This document shows positions 1-9,415 of a DNA stretch of 64,000 bases, piece by piece (position 1 is the first letter of the stretch; each line of letters begins with the position of its first letter). The position numbers and the translations under genes are program-made. The notes under the pieces were generated by a model. That model saw only the letters and a program-made list of their open reading frames with translations. It searched no databases and was not told the DNA's origin. Origin of the DNA: Flavobacteriaceae bacterium (GTDB lineage: Bacteria > Bacteroidota > Bacteroidia > Flavobacteriales > Flavobacteriaceae); contig JALQTJ010000004.1 in assembly GCA_023264015.1 (NCBI GenBank), forward strand, positions 804 to 64,803, written 5' to 3'.

Positions 1-878
1 CGCAAGGCACTCATGTATTGATTTCGAGCATTGTGCTTTTCAGTGTTAACGTAAGACGAAAAGGCCACGGTTTGCACCACACCCCCATTTTCTTTCATCC
101 ACAACAATTGCTCGTCATCGAGATTTCTTGAATGATCGCATAGGGCGCGAGCTGAAGAATGCGATGCAATGATCGGAGCCTTGGTGATTTCTATCATTTG
201 TCTCATCGCCTCTTTAGACGGATGCGAGACATCAACCATAATGCCCAATCGATTCATTTCAACTACGGCCTGCTTACCGAGTTCGCTTAAACCGTTGTGT
301 AAAAAGCCATCCTGTTCACCTGTATTCGAGTCAGAGAACTGACTATGTCCATTGTGTGCTAGAGAAACGTAACGCGCTCCGAGTGCGTGATATTTCTCAA
401 AATTTGAAAGGTCTTCTCCCATCGGATAGGCGTTTTCGACCCCTATCATAGCTACCTTCTTTCCTGATGCCACCGCCGCTCTCACCTCAGCTGATGAGGT
501 CGCCAACTCGATTTGGTCTGGAGCAAAATCGGTAGTTAGACGATGAATCGCCTCAAACTTAGACAATGCATTTTCTTCGGCAGCCTGATAGCCTTCTGGG
601 GTAAGTGGCCCTTGGCCAGTGTAGACAATAAGCCATGAGACGTCGAGACTCCCTTCGGTCATCTTCGGCAGATTCACCTGAGTGTTTAATCTTTGGGTGT
701 AGTTCAGGCTATCGGTGAAGTTGGCCACATTAATGTCGTCGTGGGTGTCAATCGTAATCACCGCATCGTGAATACGTGCCGCCTTATCTTCTAAAGATTC
801 TGCCTCAGCCTTATTGGCATTTGAAGCACATGAGGCCAGCACATACAATGCTGCCGTAGCGTAGATTATTCCTTTCAT
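1..878 (-). CDS. membrane dipeptidase (peptidase M19 family) lipoprotein; C-terminal part lies outside the window
   Basis: Not in the ORF track because it runs off the window edge. The reverse complement from the ATG at 876-878 reads MKGIIYATAALYVLASCASN (lipobox LASC). It continues with ITIDTHDD, VSLAHNGHSQFSDS, VDVSHPS and APIIASHSSARAL, the conserved metal-ligand blocks of renal-dipeptidase-type M19 enzymes. Confidence 0.8.
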   Translation of the reverse strand, partial: MKGIIYATAALYVLASCASNANKAEAESLEDKAARIHDAVITIDTHDDINVANFTDSLNYTQRLNTQVNLPKMTEGSLDVSWLIVYTGQGPLTPEGYQAAEENALSKFEAIHRLTTDFAPDQIELATSSAEVRAAVASGKKVAMIGVENAYPMGEDLSNFEKYHALGARYVSLAHNGHSQFSDSNTGEQDGFLHNGLSELGKQAVVEMNRLGIMVDVSHPSKEAMRQMIEITKAPIIASHSSARALCDHSRNLDDEQLLWMKENGGVVQTVAFSSYVNTEKHNARNQYMSAL

Positions 879-887
879 TCGTTTCCT

Positions 888-2315
888 TTAGTTTTGAATG
901 GGTGGTGGTCCGTCGATCATCGGCTCGTATACCACATCTCCTTTGCGTTCTTTAAACTCTTGTTTGATTTCATTGACCGCTTTCGGGTTTTGAAAGAGAT
1001 CAACCATGGTCATCCCCATGGCCTTTGCGGCGTGTATCATTCCTTTATGCCCTATACTCATTCCGCCACAAGCAACGACGGCCCATGAATGCCAAGGCGT
1101 GTCTTTTGGGGCAACCGTAACGCTCAAATTGATGTTAGGTACGTTCCAGCTTACATCCCCCACATCTGTAGAGCCTCCACCTGGATTCTCGCGAGTAGGT
1201 AATAACGGATGAATGGCACTGTCCATTCCGACTTGAGGTTTTCCTGTGGCCTCTTGAATCGCCTTTCCGAAGGCTTCTTCTTCAGCGGTATAGGTGATAG
1301 GGCCCAAAAGTTCAAGATTGTTTTGCATGAGCTCTCCCCCTCTTCGGTTCACGAGCACCTCATAAATTCCTGAAATCAGCGATATTTTATAATCCACGTT
1401 AGCCATGATAGCCGCTCCTTCGGCCATCTCTCGAACACGGTCGTAGACGGGTTTCATTCCTTCTCGCTTTGAATCGCGTACTCTGACCCAAAGCTTTGAA
1501 TAATCAGGAACCACATTCACAACCTGACCTCCGTCTTGAATGTGATAATGTATACGAACACTAGGTTTGATATGCTCTCTGTAATAATTGATTCCAGTGG
1601 TGTAAAGCTCTAGGGCATCAGAGGCAGATCGTCCGTTCCATGGGTCTGAAGAAGCGTGCGCCGCTTGCCCAAAAAACTCGACCTTAAAGTCAACCAAAGC
1701 CAGTGTACTTTGCACATCTGCCTCGGTATTTGGTCCGGGGTGCCAGCTGACATTCACATCTACACCGTCCCATATTCCTTCTTTAACCATCCAAATTTTA
1801 CCAAAAAACTTCTCTTCAGAAGGTGTTCCGATAAACTTCACCGTTCCTTTAAGACGCCCGGCTTCGATCTGTTCTTTGATCGCTATTGCCGCACCTAATG
1901 AAGCAGCTCCAAAGAGGTTGTGTCCGCATCCGTGTCCTGCAGCACCTTCATTCAAAGGCGCTTTGATCGGAGAAGCTTTTTGCGAAATCCCTGGCAAGGC
2001 ATCAAACTCTCCCAACACTGAAATCACCGGCGATCCGCTGCCGTAAGTTGCTACAAATGCAGTTGGAATTCCGGCCACTCCGCGTTCTACCTGTAGCCCT
2101 TGAGCCTCGGCATAGTCAGCCAAAATACGTGCCGATTCGTGCTCTTCAAAGGCGGTCTCTGCAAGCGCCCAGATTGAGTCACTAATCGCGATCAATGCCT
2201 GTTCATGAGCCTGTACCGAAGCCATGATGGCTTTCTTTTCACGGTTGAGTTTTTGAGAAAAACTTGAGGCACTAAATGTTAATGCAACAAGAGAAAGAAG
2301 GATAGATTTTTTCAT
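888..2315 (-). CDS. M20-family amidohydrolase (AbgB-like), secreted
   Basis: 475-aa ORF with signal peptide MKKSILLSLVALTFSASSFSQ. Blocks HGCGHNLFG, GGSTDVGDVSW and TPWHSW are typical of AbgB-type M20 amidohydrolases. It lies 9 nt upstream of the M19 dipeptidase on the same strand. Confidence 0.8.
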   Translation of the reverse strand: MKKSILLSLVALTFSASSFSQKLNREKKAIMASVQAHEQALIAISDSIWALAETAFEEHESARILADYAEAQGLQVERGVAGIPTAFVATYGSGSPVISVLGEFDALPGISQKASPIKAPLNEGAAGHGCGHNLFGAASLGAAIAIKEQIEAGRLKGTVKFIGTPSEEKFFGKIWMVKEGIWDGVDVNVSWHPGPNTEADVQSTLALVDFKVEFFGQAAHASSDPWNGRSASDALELYTTGINYYREHIKPSVRIHYHIQDGGQVVNVVPDYSKLWVRVRDSKREGMKPVYDRVREMAEGAAIMANVDYKISLISGIYEVLVNRRGGELMQNNLELLGPITYTAEEEAFGKAIQEATGKPQVGMDSAIHPLLPTRENPGGGSTDVGDVSWNVPNINLSVTVAPKDTPWHSWAVVACGGMSIGHKGMIHAAKAMGMTMVDLFQNPKAVNEIKQEFKERKGDVVYEPMIDGPPPIQN

Positions 2316-2352
2316 AAAAACGATTTGATGAAAGATACAAATTCAGCGTCGA

Positions 2353-3348
2353 TCAGCGCAGTGATTCTATGTATTCCTGACGAACGACTTTGGCAGTTTT
2401 GTGATGGCCTTCATGGCTCCAACCCGGTGGCATTACGATATAGGCAAGTTTGTTAACGATACCCGGAGCGTTCCAGACGTCTTTCGCTAAGGCAATGATT
2501 TCGCCGAAATAGACATCCACAAAACTTCCGCTATTGATCGGTCGAGTAATTCCGTATTCGGGCTTTTGTGCCATATCTTCTTCTTGATAAGTCTTGAACA
2601 CGCGGTCCCAGATGTTTAATAGATTACAAAAGTTAGTATCCATATAAAGCGGATTACGTGCATGATGCACCCGGTGATGTGATGGGGTCAAAATAAAGTG
2701 ATTAAGCCATCCAAACCGAGCGTCTTTGATCAGGTTTTCACCCACGTGTATAAAGGCGCCATAGGTTCCGTCAATAAACATGATCATAAAAAGTAGTTCA
2801 GGACGGACCCCCAAAAGTATACAGATGGTGGTGCGGATGGTATCCGCATAGGGAGCCTCTAAAAAGAAGTGTGCGTGTGTGACAGACAAGTTCATGTCTT
2901 CAGGCGAATGGTGGGTGGCATGCAAGCACCAAAAAAGGCGCACCTTATGGCCTAAGTAGTGATAGATGAAATGGGCAAATTCCCAAACAATATACCCGTA
3001 GATAAACCAATACCAGGTGCCTGAGGTCTGAAAAGGGGCAAGGGGTTGTACCCATCCGATGATAAAACCGACCATCCCAATAGCCAAGAAGCGACCGACA
3101 ATACGATTGAAAACGTAAATCAGAAAATTGACTTTGTAAACCTTTGTCTGTGGCTTCTTGTAGACGAGTCCGAGCACAAACTCTAAAACTATGAGCAACG
3201 GAATAATCGGATAAATGAGCGAAAGCACCCCCTCATAGGTCTTGAGGGCCTCATAATTACCTGCACTTAAAATCTCCCAGAGCGATCGAATGCCAAGAAA
3301 TCCAACGATTTCTTGATAAAGGGTTTCAAGAAATTCCATAAAAACCAA
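2353..3348 (-). CDS. sterol desaturase / fatty-acid hydroxylase family membrane protein
   Basis: 331-aa ORF with several TM helices and histidine boxes HFIYHYLGH, HATHH and HHRVHH, as in the FA_hydroxylase superfamily. Confidence 0.75.
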   Translation of the reverse strand: MVFMEFLETLYQEIVGFLGIRSLWEILSAGNYEALKTYEGVLSLIYPIIPLLIVLEFVLGLVYKKPQTKVYKVNFLIYVFNRIVGRFLAIGMVGFIIGWVQPLAPFQTSGTWYWFIYGYIVWEFAHFIYHYLGHKVRLFWCLHATHHSPEDMNLSVTHAHFFLEAPYADTIRTTICILLGVRPELLFMIMFIDGTYGAFIHVGENLIKDARFGWLNHFILTPSHHRVHHARNPLYMDTNFCNLLNIWDRVFKTYQEEDMAQKPEYGITRPINSGSFVDVYFGEIIALAKDVWNAPGIVNKLAYIVMPPGWSHEGHHKTAKVVRQEYIESLR

Positions 3349-3409
3349 TTTATGTTTAGTTAGGCTTATCTATCTTAAGCACTTAAAAGCTAACGAATTC
3401 TGTCGTCTT

Positions 3410-4900
3410 ATGCTAAAGTCATCTGACGGGGCCACTCCTAGCCTAAAAAGACAAATGGGCCTTTTTGCGGTAATTGCCACAGGAGTTTCTTCTATGGTTG
3501 GGGCTTCAATCAATGTCGTGCCTGTCATGATTCACCGTAGCGTACCTGAAATAGGACCCTACGTGATACACGCCTTTTTATTTGCTGCCCTACCTGCTTT
3601 GTTAGCCGGACTCGCCTATGCCATCTTAGGCTCTGCCATGCCTAGAGCCGGAGGAAGCTACCTCTACGCCAGCCGTGGACTTAGCCCTTATTGGGGGTTC
3701 ATCGCCAGCTTTTCACAATGGTTTGGGCTCTCTATAGTCATAGGAGTGATTGCCTACATCAGCATTCCATTTATCAGAGACATCGCCTACAATGCCGGAT
3801 GGCAGGATCTCGCTACACTACTCGATCGCTCGTGGGTGCGCGTAGTGCTAGGGTTAAGCCTCATCTGGGGCTTTGTTTGGGTCAATATACGGGGCGTGAA
3901 ATCCTACACCCGTTGGCTACTTCCGATGGTGATTATGATTTTCACTCTCGGTTCTATTGTTGTTTTTTCTGGACTCTTTTACGACAGTACCGACTTTTTG
4001 AATGCATTGGCTGAAAAAGAGGCAGTAGTATTCACACCCATAGAAGACAAGCCCTTTCAATGGCCCGTATTTCTATCGGCGGCTGCCGTACTCTTTTCGA
4101 GTTTTATCGGTTTTGATGCTATAGCCCAAACCGGAAGCGAGGCGGTTAACGCCTCAAAAAATATACCGCTGGCTATACTTATTGCCATTCTCGGTGTAGG
4201 AACCTTTTACGTGCTCTTCACCTTGTCGGTGTATCACATCGTACCCTGGAGCTATATCGCCGAGCAAGCCCAACTAAAAGATGTAACCGCCCCAGGACTA
4301 TTGAGCCTGGTACTCCCTAAAGGAGTTGATCTATTGATTTTAGCCGGAGCCGCTATCGCATTAATCAATGACCTTCCGGCCATGTTGTTATCGGTTTCGC
4401 GCTTGATGTTTGCATGGGCAAAGGACTTTATTTTTCCGCAAGCCATTACAAAGGTGCATCCGCGCTATTTCAGTCCACATATCGCCCTTATCACCGCAGG
4501 AGGAATGGCCTCTATTGGTGTACTGGGATCCCACTTTGCAGGAGATTTCTTTTTAGGAATAGATATCATGGTTACCTCCATGCTGGTCAATTTCTTACTG
4601 ATGTGTTTGACGGTGCTCACTTTACCCCGAGTCAATGAAAAGCTAGCCAAAGAAGTGTCGGTATTCACCTCAAGAAAGATCCAATGTACGATCGGCCTGT
4701 TTGGTGTACTCTTTATTTTTGCTTTTTTGGTGATTCACGTCTATAAAGATCTCTCTCAGCAAGAGATTCCCTGGTATTTTCACTCGACCTACATATGGCT
4801 CATTGTGATGGCTCTGGGTAGCTTGCTTTTTGCGCTATCTTATTTCCGTTCAACCTCATTGAGAGCAGCAGACCACTTTAAAACATTACCACAAGAATAA
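3410..4900 (+). CDS. APC-family amino acid/polyamine permease
   Basis: 496-aa ORF, about 12-13 TM helices. The N-terminal block LKRQMGLFAVIATGVSSMVGASI and the block MPRAGGSYLYASR are typical of the APC superfamily. Confidence 0.8.
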   Translation: MLKSSDGATPSLKRQMGLFAVIATGVSSMVGASINVVPVMIHRSVPEIGPYVIHAFLFAALPALLAGLAYAILGSAMPRAGGSYLYASRGLSPYWGFIASFSQWFGLSIVIGVIAYISIPFIRDIAYNAGWQDLATLLDRSWVRVVLGLSLIWGFVWVNIRGVKSYTRWLLPMVIMIFTLGSIVVFSGLFYDSTDFLNALAEKEAVVFTPIEDKPFQWPVFLSAAAVLFSSFIGFDAIAQTGSEAVNASKNIPLAILIAILGVGTFYVLFTLSVYHIVPWSYIAEQAQLKDVTAPGLLSLVLPKGVDLLILAGAAIALINDLPAMLLSVSRLMFAWAKDFIFPQAITKVHPRYFSPHIALITAGGMASIGVLGSHFAGDFFLGIDIMVTSMLVNFLLMCLTVLTLPRVNEKLAKEVSVFTSRKIQCTIGLFGVLFIFAFLVIHVYKDLSQQEIPWYFHSTYIWLIVMALGSLLFALSYFRSTSLRAADHFKTLPQE

Positions 4901-4903
4901 GCT

Positions 4904-6358
4904 ATGAAAGAATTTGTAGAACTATCTCCTTCGATGCGCATACCCCGAATGCTTATAGGCCTTTGGCAAATCGCAGACATTGAACGCAAACAGGGTGTGC
5001 TTGATCCTAAGGTGGCATCAACCTTTATGCAACCCTATGTAGAGAACGGATTCTACGCCTTCGACATGGCGGATCATTACGGTTCAAGCGAGATCATCAC
5101 GGGGACCTTCAAAAACAACTACAGCAATCCACAGAAGGTTAAACTCTTTACTAAATGGGTTCCTGAACCCGGAAAAGTAAGCCGTGAAGTGGTACGTACC
5201 GCCGTTCAGCGGGCCTTAGACCGCATGCAACAATCAAGCATTGATTTAATGCAGTTTCACGCCTGGCATTATCCAGATCCAAGTTACCTCGATGCCCTAT
5301 TTTATCTCGACGAACTCCGACAAGAGGGGTTAATTGAGCACTTAGGGCTTACCAATTTTGACGCGGCCCACTTGCGCGTAGTGGCCTCTTCTGGCATAGC
5401 TGTGGTGAGCAATCAGGTTTCACATTCTGTTATCGATCAACGCGCCAATCATGCCATGCGAGAGGTCTGCGAGGACTATAATATTAAGCTCTTGGCCTAC
5501 GGAACACTTGCTGGTGGATTCTTGTCAAACAAATGGCTCGACGTCCCTGAACCCACTGAGAAAGAACTGAGCACATGGTCTCAAATGAAATATAAGCGAT
5601 TCATTGATCAGGCCGGATCATGGGCTGACTTTCAAAGACTATTAAAGAGTCTCAATGAGGTGGCTCAGAAGCACAAGACCAGTATTGCGAATGTCGCCAG
5701 TAGATACGTCTTAGAAAATCCAGTGGTTGGTGCCGTCATTGTGGGTGCCAGACTCGGAGAAAATGCACACATTGAAGAGCATAAAGCCTGCCTTTCGATA
5801 TCGCTTGATCAAGAAGACTTGAATTGCATCCAAGACGCACAGCAAAGATTGCGACCTATACCCGGAGATTGCGGAGACGAATACCGAAAACCTCCGTTCT
5901 TGACCGCCTCAGGAGACCTCAGTCACCACCTCGAGAGCATCCCGAACGCCTTTGAACCCGTGACCGTAGAAGAGGGGCATCAAAAAGTCTATAGTGGAAC
6001 GGTTTGGGAAGGGTTTGCGGGCTACTGCCGAGCCGTTCGAAAAGGAAACACTATTCACGTTTCAGGAACCACCGCAACTCATGAAAACCATCAAATAGGT
6101 AAAGGAGATGCCGCGGCTCAAACCCATTTTATCATCGATAAAATCGAAGCTTCAATCACCGCCTTAGGCGGAACATTAAGCGACGTAGTTCGCACTCGAA
6201 TCTTTGTTAATGAACTTGACGATTGGGAACCCGTAGCACGCGCTCACGGAGTTCGATTTAAAGGAATTGACCCTGCCAACACTCTTGTTGAGGCTAGACT
6301 CGTTGGCGAAGGATACAAGGTAGAAATCGAGGCCGAGGCTATAGTGCTTCCAAAGTAG
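4904..6358 (+). CDS. aldo/keto reductase fused to a C-terminal RidA/YjgF (L-PSP) domain
   Basis: 484-aa ORF starting 3 nt after the permease stop. Residues about 1-330 form an AKR fold (DMADHYGSSE, KLFTKW, MQFHAW). Residues about 360-484 form a YjgF/RidA-like fold (GNTIHVSGTTA ... VRTRIFV ... VEIEAEAIV). Confidence 0.75.
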   Translation: MKEFVELSPSMRIPRMLIGLWQIADIERKQGVLDPKVASTFMQPYVENGFYAFDMADHYGSSEIITGTFKNNYSNPQKVKLFTKWVPEPGKVSREVVRTAVQRALDRMQQSSIDLMQFHAWHYPDPSYLDALFYLDELRQEGLIEHLGLTNFDAAHLRVVASSGIAVVSNQVSHSVIDQRANHAMREVCEDYNIKLLAYGTLAGGFLSNKWLDVPEPTEKELSTWSQMKYKRFIDQAGSWADFQRLLKSLNEVAQKHKTSIANVASRYVLENPVVGAVIVGARLGENAHIEEHKACLSISLDQEDLNCIQDAQQRLRPIPGDCGDEYRKPPFLTASGDLSHHLESIPNAFEPVTVEEGHQKVYSGTVWEGFAGYCRAVRKGNTIHVSGTTATHENHQIGKGDAAAQTHFIIDKIEASITALGGTLSDVVRTRIFVNELDDWEPVARAHGVRFKGIDPANTLVEARLVGEGYKVEIEAEAIVLPK

Positions 6359-9344
6359 CAGCGACCATTTCTTCGTACTGATCAAGCTGTTGCGTTGCAT
6401 CCTTCAGACGCATCTTTTCTTGTTCAGATAAAGGTTTAGTGCGCGCCATGGCTACTTTCAAAAGTCCACTCAAAACAGAATGAGGGGTCTGCTTATTGCT
6501 TTGCCACGCCCCCACTTGACGATCGACAGGACGGTCTCGACCTGCCAATTTAAGGGCTTTAATCTTCGCTTCTTTGACCGGATCTTCGGCGTATTGTTCC
6601 TCAAGGATCGTCAATGATTCATACACCTCAGCGAAACGTTTCACTAACGCATCGAGCTCTTTTCTGAAATGGTAGAGCTCCACCTCAACGCTTTGCGGAA
6701 TCTCAAAACGAGGGTCATCAATGATCTTGACCTTAGTCGTTGCAACGACACCCTTGTATCTACTTTGAACGTTATAGGTGCCTGATAACACAGGTATACC
6801 TCTAGTCTCTTCGTTCATCCATGCGCCTGGCAAGTAATGTGCCTTCTCATCGAGCTTCCATGGAATGTAATTTAGTCCTCGATCAAGATCTCCCACTTTA
6901 TACTCGTGAATGCGTTCATCTTTAGCATTAGTGATTTGAATGCTTATACTGTCTTTGGCGGTTGGCTCATCTGAGAGATACAATGGAATCTCAGCACGTT
7001 GAAACACCCTGTTTTCACCTTCAAAGGTGGTGTGAAATCCTGTCCAAATATTTCCTGGTGGGTTGATAAATAGGCCCTTCACCTGTACCACTTCATTCAT
7101 GGGTAAAGCAGTGAGCGGCTCGGTAAATTGTTGGGAGGCCAATGCACGCAAACTCAGTAAATCGTCGAGTACCCATATAGCCCGACCGAATGTTCCGACA
7201 ATCAATGCAGATTCAGGTTCTTGAATCTTGAGGTCTCGGGTCGAAACGCTAGGAAATCCGTTTTTGAATTGCGTCCAATGGGCTCCTCCATCACTGCTGA
7301 TCCACAGGCCATGTTCTGTACCTAGAAACTGCAGATTTGCGACTTCAGGATCTTGAATAAAAGAGAGTGTATATCCGCGAACACCACTATCCTCTACCAC
7401 ATTCTTCCATGTTTTTCCGAAATCTTCGGTCTTGAAGAGATACGGCGCAAAGTCTCCCTTTCTATAGTTATTGGCCACCACCCAGGCGGTTCCTAAATGA
7501 TGGGCAGAGGCATGAATGCGGGCAATCCAAGCGCCTTTTGGTAAGCCTTTAATCCGCTTGGTAAGGTTCTTCCATTGCTTTCCGCCATCGGTAGTGAGGT
7601 GTAGTACACCATCATCGCTTCCGGCCCAAATCACCAAAGAATCAAGGCGGCTCGGTTCAATTGCTAGCAAGCTATTGTAATTCTCAGCCCCTGATATATC
7701 TAGTGTAAGACCACCGTAATCTCTTTGCTGGTGGGCTGGATTGTCAGTGGTTAAATCGGGTGAAATGATGTGCCAAGTCGAACCCTTATCGATTGACTTG
7801 TGAACGAATTGAGATCCGTAGTATAGCGCATCTGGGTTAAAGGGATCCTTCGAAAAAGCGGCATTCCAATTGAATCTAAGCAGTGATTCTGCCTCAAGTG
7901 CTGAAGGTTTAATGCTTTGGTAGTATCCGGTTAGTTTATCGTATCGATACAGCTCGCCATTTTGTGAAGTGCCATAACCGAATCGCGGATTGTCTAAGTC
8001 TGGGGCAATATAAAATCCGTCGCCTCCGACGAGGTATTGCCAATACAAGGTTCTGATTCCTCCCCTTTTCCAGGTGTAGGCAGGCCCTGACCAGTTTCCA
8101 TTGTCTTGCATCCCTCCGTACACGTTGAACGGGCGCTCGTGATCCACTCCAATTTGATAAAATTGAGCGACCGGAATCGTTTCAGGAAAGTACCAACTCT
8201 TTCCGTGATCGTAGGTGATTCCGAGGCCGCCATCCCCTCCAATAACAAAGTGTTTAGGGTCTTTTGGATTGACCCACATCGCATGAAAATCGGCGTGAAT
8301 ACCCTTGGTTTCATCCGCCGGAATCATCGGAACAGGATCAAAAGTCACCCCTCCATCATAGCTCACTGAAAGCGGCTGATAAATATTATACAGCCGGTCA
8401 GGATCTTCAGTATCAACGGCTAAATCTTGAAAGTAAAAAGGACGATTGTTCGTGAATCTTGGATTCTCATTGATCAACTGCCACGACACCCCCCCGTCAT
8501 CACTTCGGTATAAGGCGTTCTTCTGGGCTTCAATTTTAGCGTACATGCGATCAGGATTCGACAGTGCAATAGCTAACCCAATACGCCCCAATGTTCCAGA
8601 CGGTAATCCTTCTTTATCACTCAAGCGTGTCCAGGTGACTCCGGCGTCTTCGGTTGCAAACAGGCCTGATCCGGGACCGCCAGAAACGAATGAATAAGGG
8701 GTTCTTCTATGGTCATACAGTGCGACAAAGAGTCGATTCGGATTCGTCGGATGCATCACCATATCGGCCACACCACTGGTCTCATTGGTGAAGAGTATGC
8801 GCTCAAAATGGGCCCCACCATCCGTTGTTTTATAAAATCCTCTTGAAGCAGACGGAGTGAAAGGATCTCCATGTGCTCCGACATAAACGGTCTGTGGATC
8901 GTTGGGATCAATGAGTATACGATGTATAGATTTGGTGGCCTCAAGACCTAAATGCTTCCAGGTTTTTCCGCCATCTTCACTTTTAAATAGGCCCATTCCA
9001 AGATTCACTGAGTTTCGCGGATTTCCCTCACCGGTTCCAACCCAAATCACATCAGGGTTATCGTTTTGAATGGCTACCGCACCAATATTTTGCGTGGGTT
9101 GCTCATCGAAAATAGGCTCCCAAGCCGTTCCTCCGTTCTCTGACTTCCACACCCCACCTGAGGCCGCACCAACAACCATGATCTTAGGCGCTACCTCTGA
9201 GACAGCGATAGCCGTGATGCGTCCGCTCATGTTCGCAGGACCCACATTGCGAATTTTTAAATTTTTAAGACTTTCGAAATCGAGTTGTTGGGCACTGAGC
9301 ATCAATGGCATCATAGCCCAAAAACAAAAGAGTTTTCTCCACAT
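6339..9344 (-). CDS. secreted BNR/Asp-box repeat (VPS10/sortilin-like double beta-propeller) protein
   Basis: 1001-aa ORF with signal peptide MWRKLFCFWAMMPLMLSAQQ. It has eleven Asp-box motifs: SENGGTAW, SEDGGKTW, TTDGGAHF, TEDAGVTW, SDDGGVSW, SYDGGVTF, TYDHGKSW, SIDKGSTW, TTDGGKQW, TEDFGKTW and SSDGGAHW. The C-terminal ~150 aa look helical. Confidence 0.75.
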   Translation of the reverse strand: MWRKLFCFWAMMPLMLSAQQLDFESLKNLKIRNVGPANMSGRITAIAVSEVAPKIMVVGAASGGVWKSENGGTAWEPIFDEQPTQNIGAVAIQNDNPDVIWVGTGEGNPRNSVNLGMGLFKSEDGGKTWKHLGLEATKSIHRILIDPNDPQTVYVGAHGDPFTPSASRGFYKTTDGGAHFERILFTNETSGVADMVMHPTNPNRLFVALYDHRRTPYSFVSGGPGSGLFATEDAGVTWTRLSDKEGLPSGTLGRIGLAIALSNPDRMYAKIEAQKNALYRSDDGGVSWQLINENPRFTNNRPFYFQDLAVDTEDPDRLYNIYQPLSVSYDGGVTFDPVPMIPADETKGIHADFHAMWVNPKDPKHFVIGGDGGLGITYDHGKSWYFPETIPVAQFYQIGVDHERPFNVYGGMQDNGNWSGPAYTWKRGGIRTLYWQYLVGGDGFYIAPDLDNPRFGYGTSQNGELYRYDKLTGYYQSIKPSALEAESLLRFNWNAAFSKDPFNPDALYYGSQFVHKSIDKGSTWHIISPDLTTDNPAHQQRDYGGLTLDISGAENYNSLLAIEPSRLDSLVIWAGSDDGVLHLTTDGGKQWKNLTKRIKGLPKGAWIARIHASAHHLGTAWVVANNYRKGDFAPYLFKTEDFGKTWKNVVEDSGVRGYTLSFIQDPEVANLQFLGTEHGLWISSDGGAHWTQFKNGFPSVSTRDLKIQEPESALIVGTFGRAIWVLDDLLSLRALASQQFTEPLTALPMNEVVQVKGLFINPPGNIWTGFHTTFEGENRVFQRAEIPLYLSDEPTAKDSISIQITNAKDERIHEYKVGDLDRGLNYIPWKLDEKAHYLPGAWMNEETRGIPVLSGTYNVQSRYKGVVATTKVKIIDDPRFEIPQSVEVELYHFRKELDALVKRFAEVYESLTILEEQYAEDPVKEAKIKALKLAGRDRPVDRQVGAWQSNKQTPHSVLSGLLKVAMARTKPLSEQEKMRLKDATQQLDQYEEMVAATLEAL

Positions 9345-9415
9345 AGATAAGTGACTTACGCTTTTACAATGTAAGTGAAAATTTGTTTCTTTAAGAAGAT
9401 ACTAGCGTTGAAACC

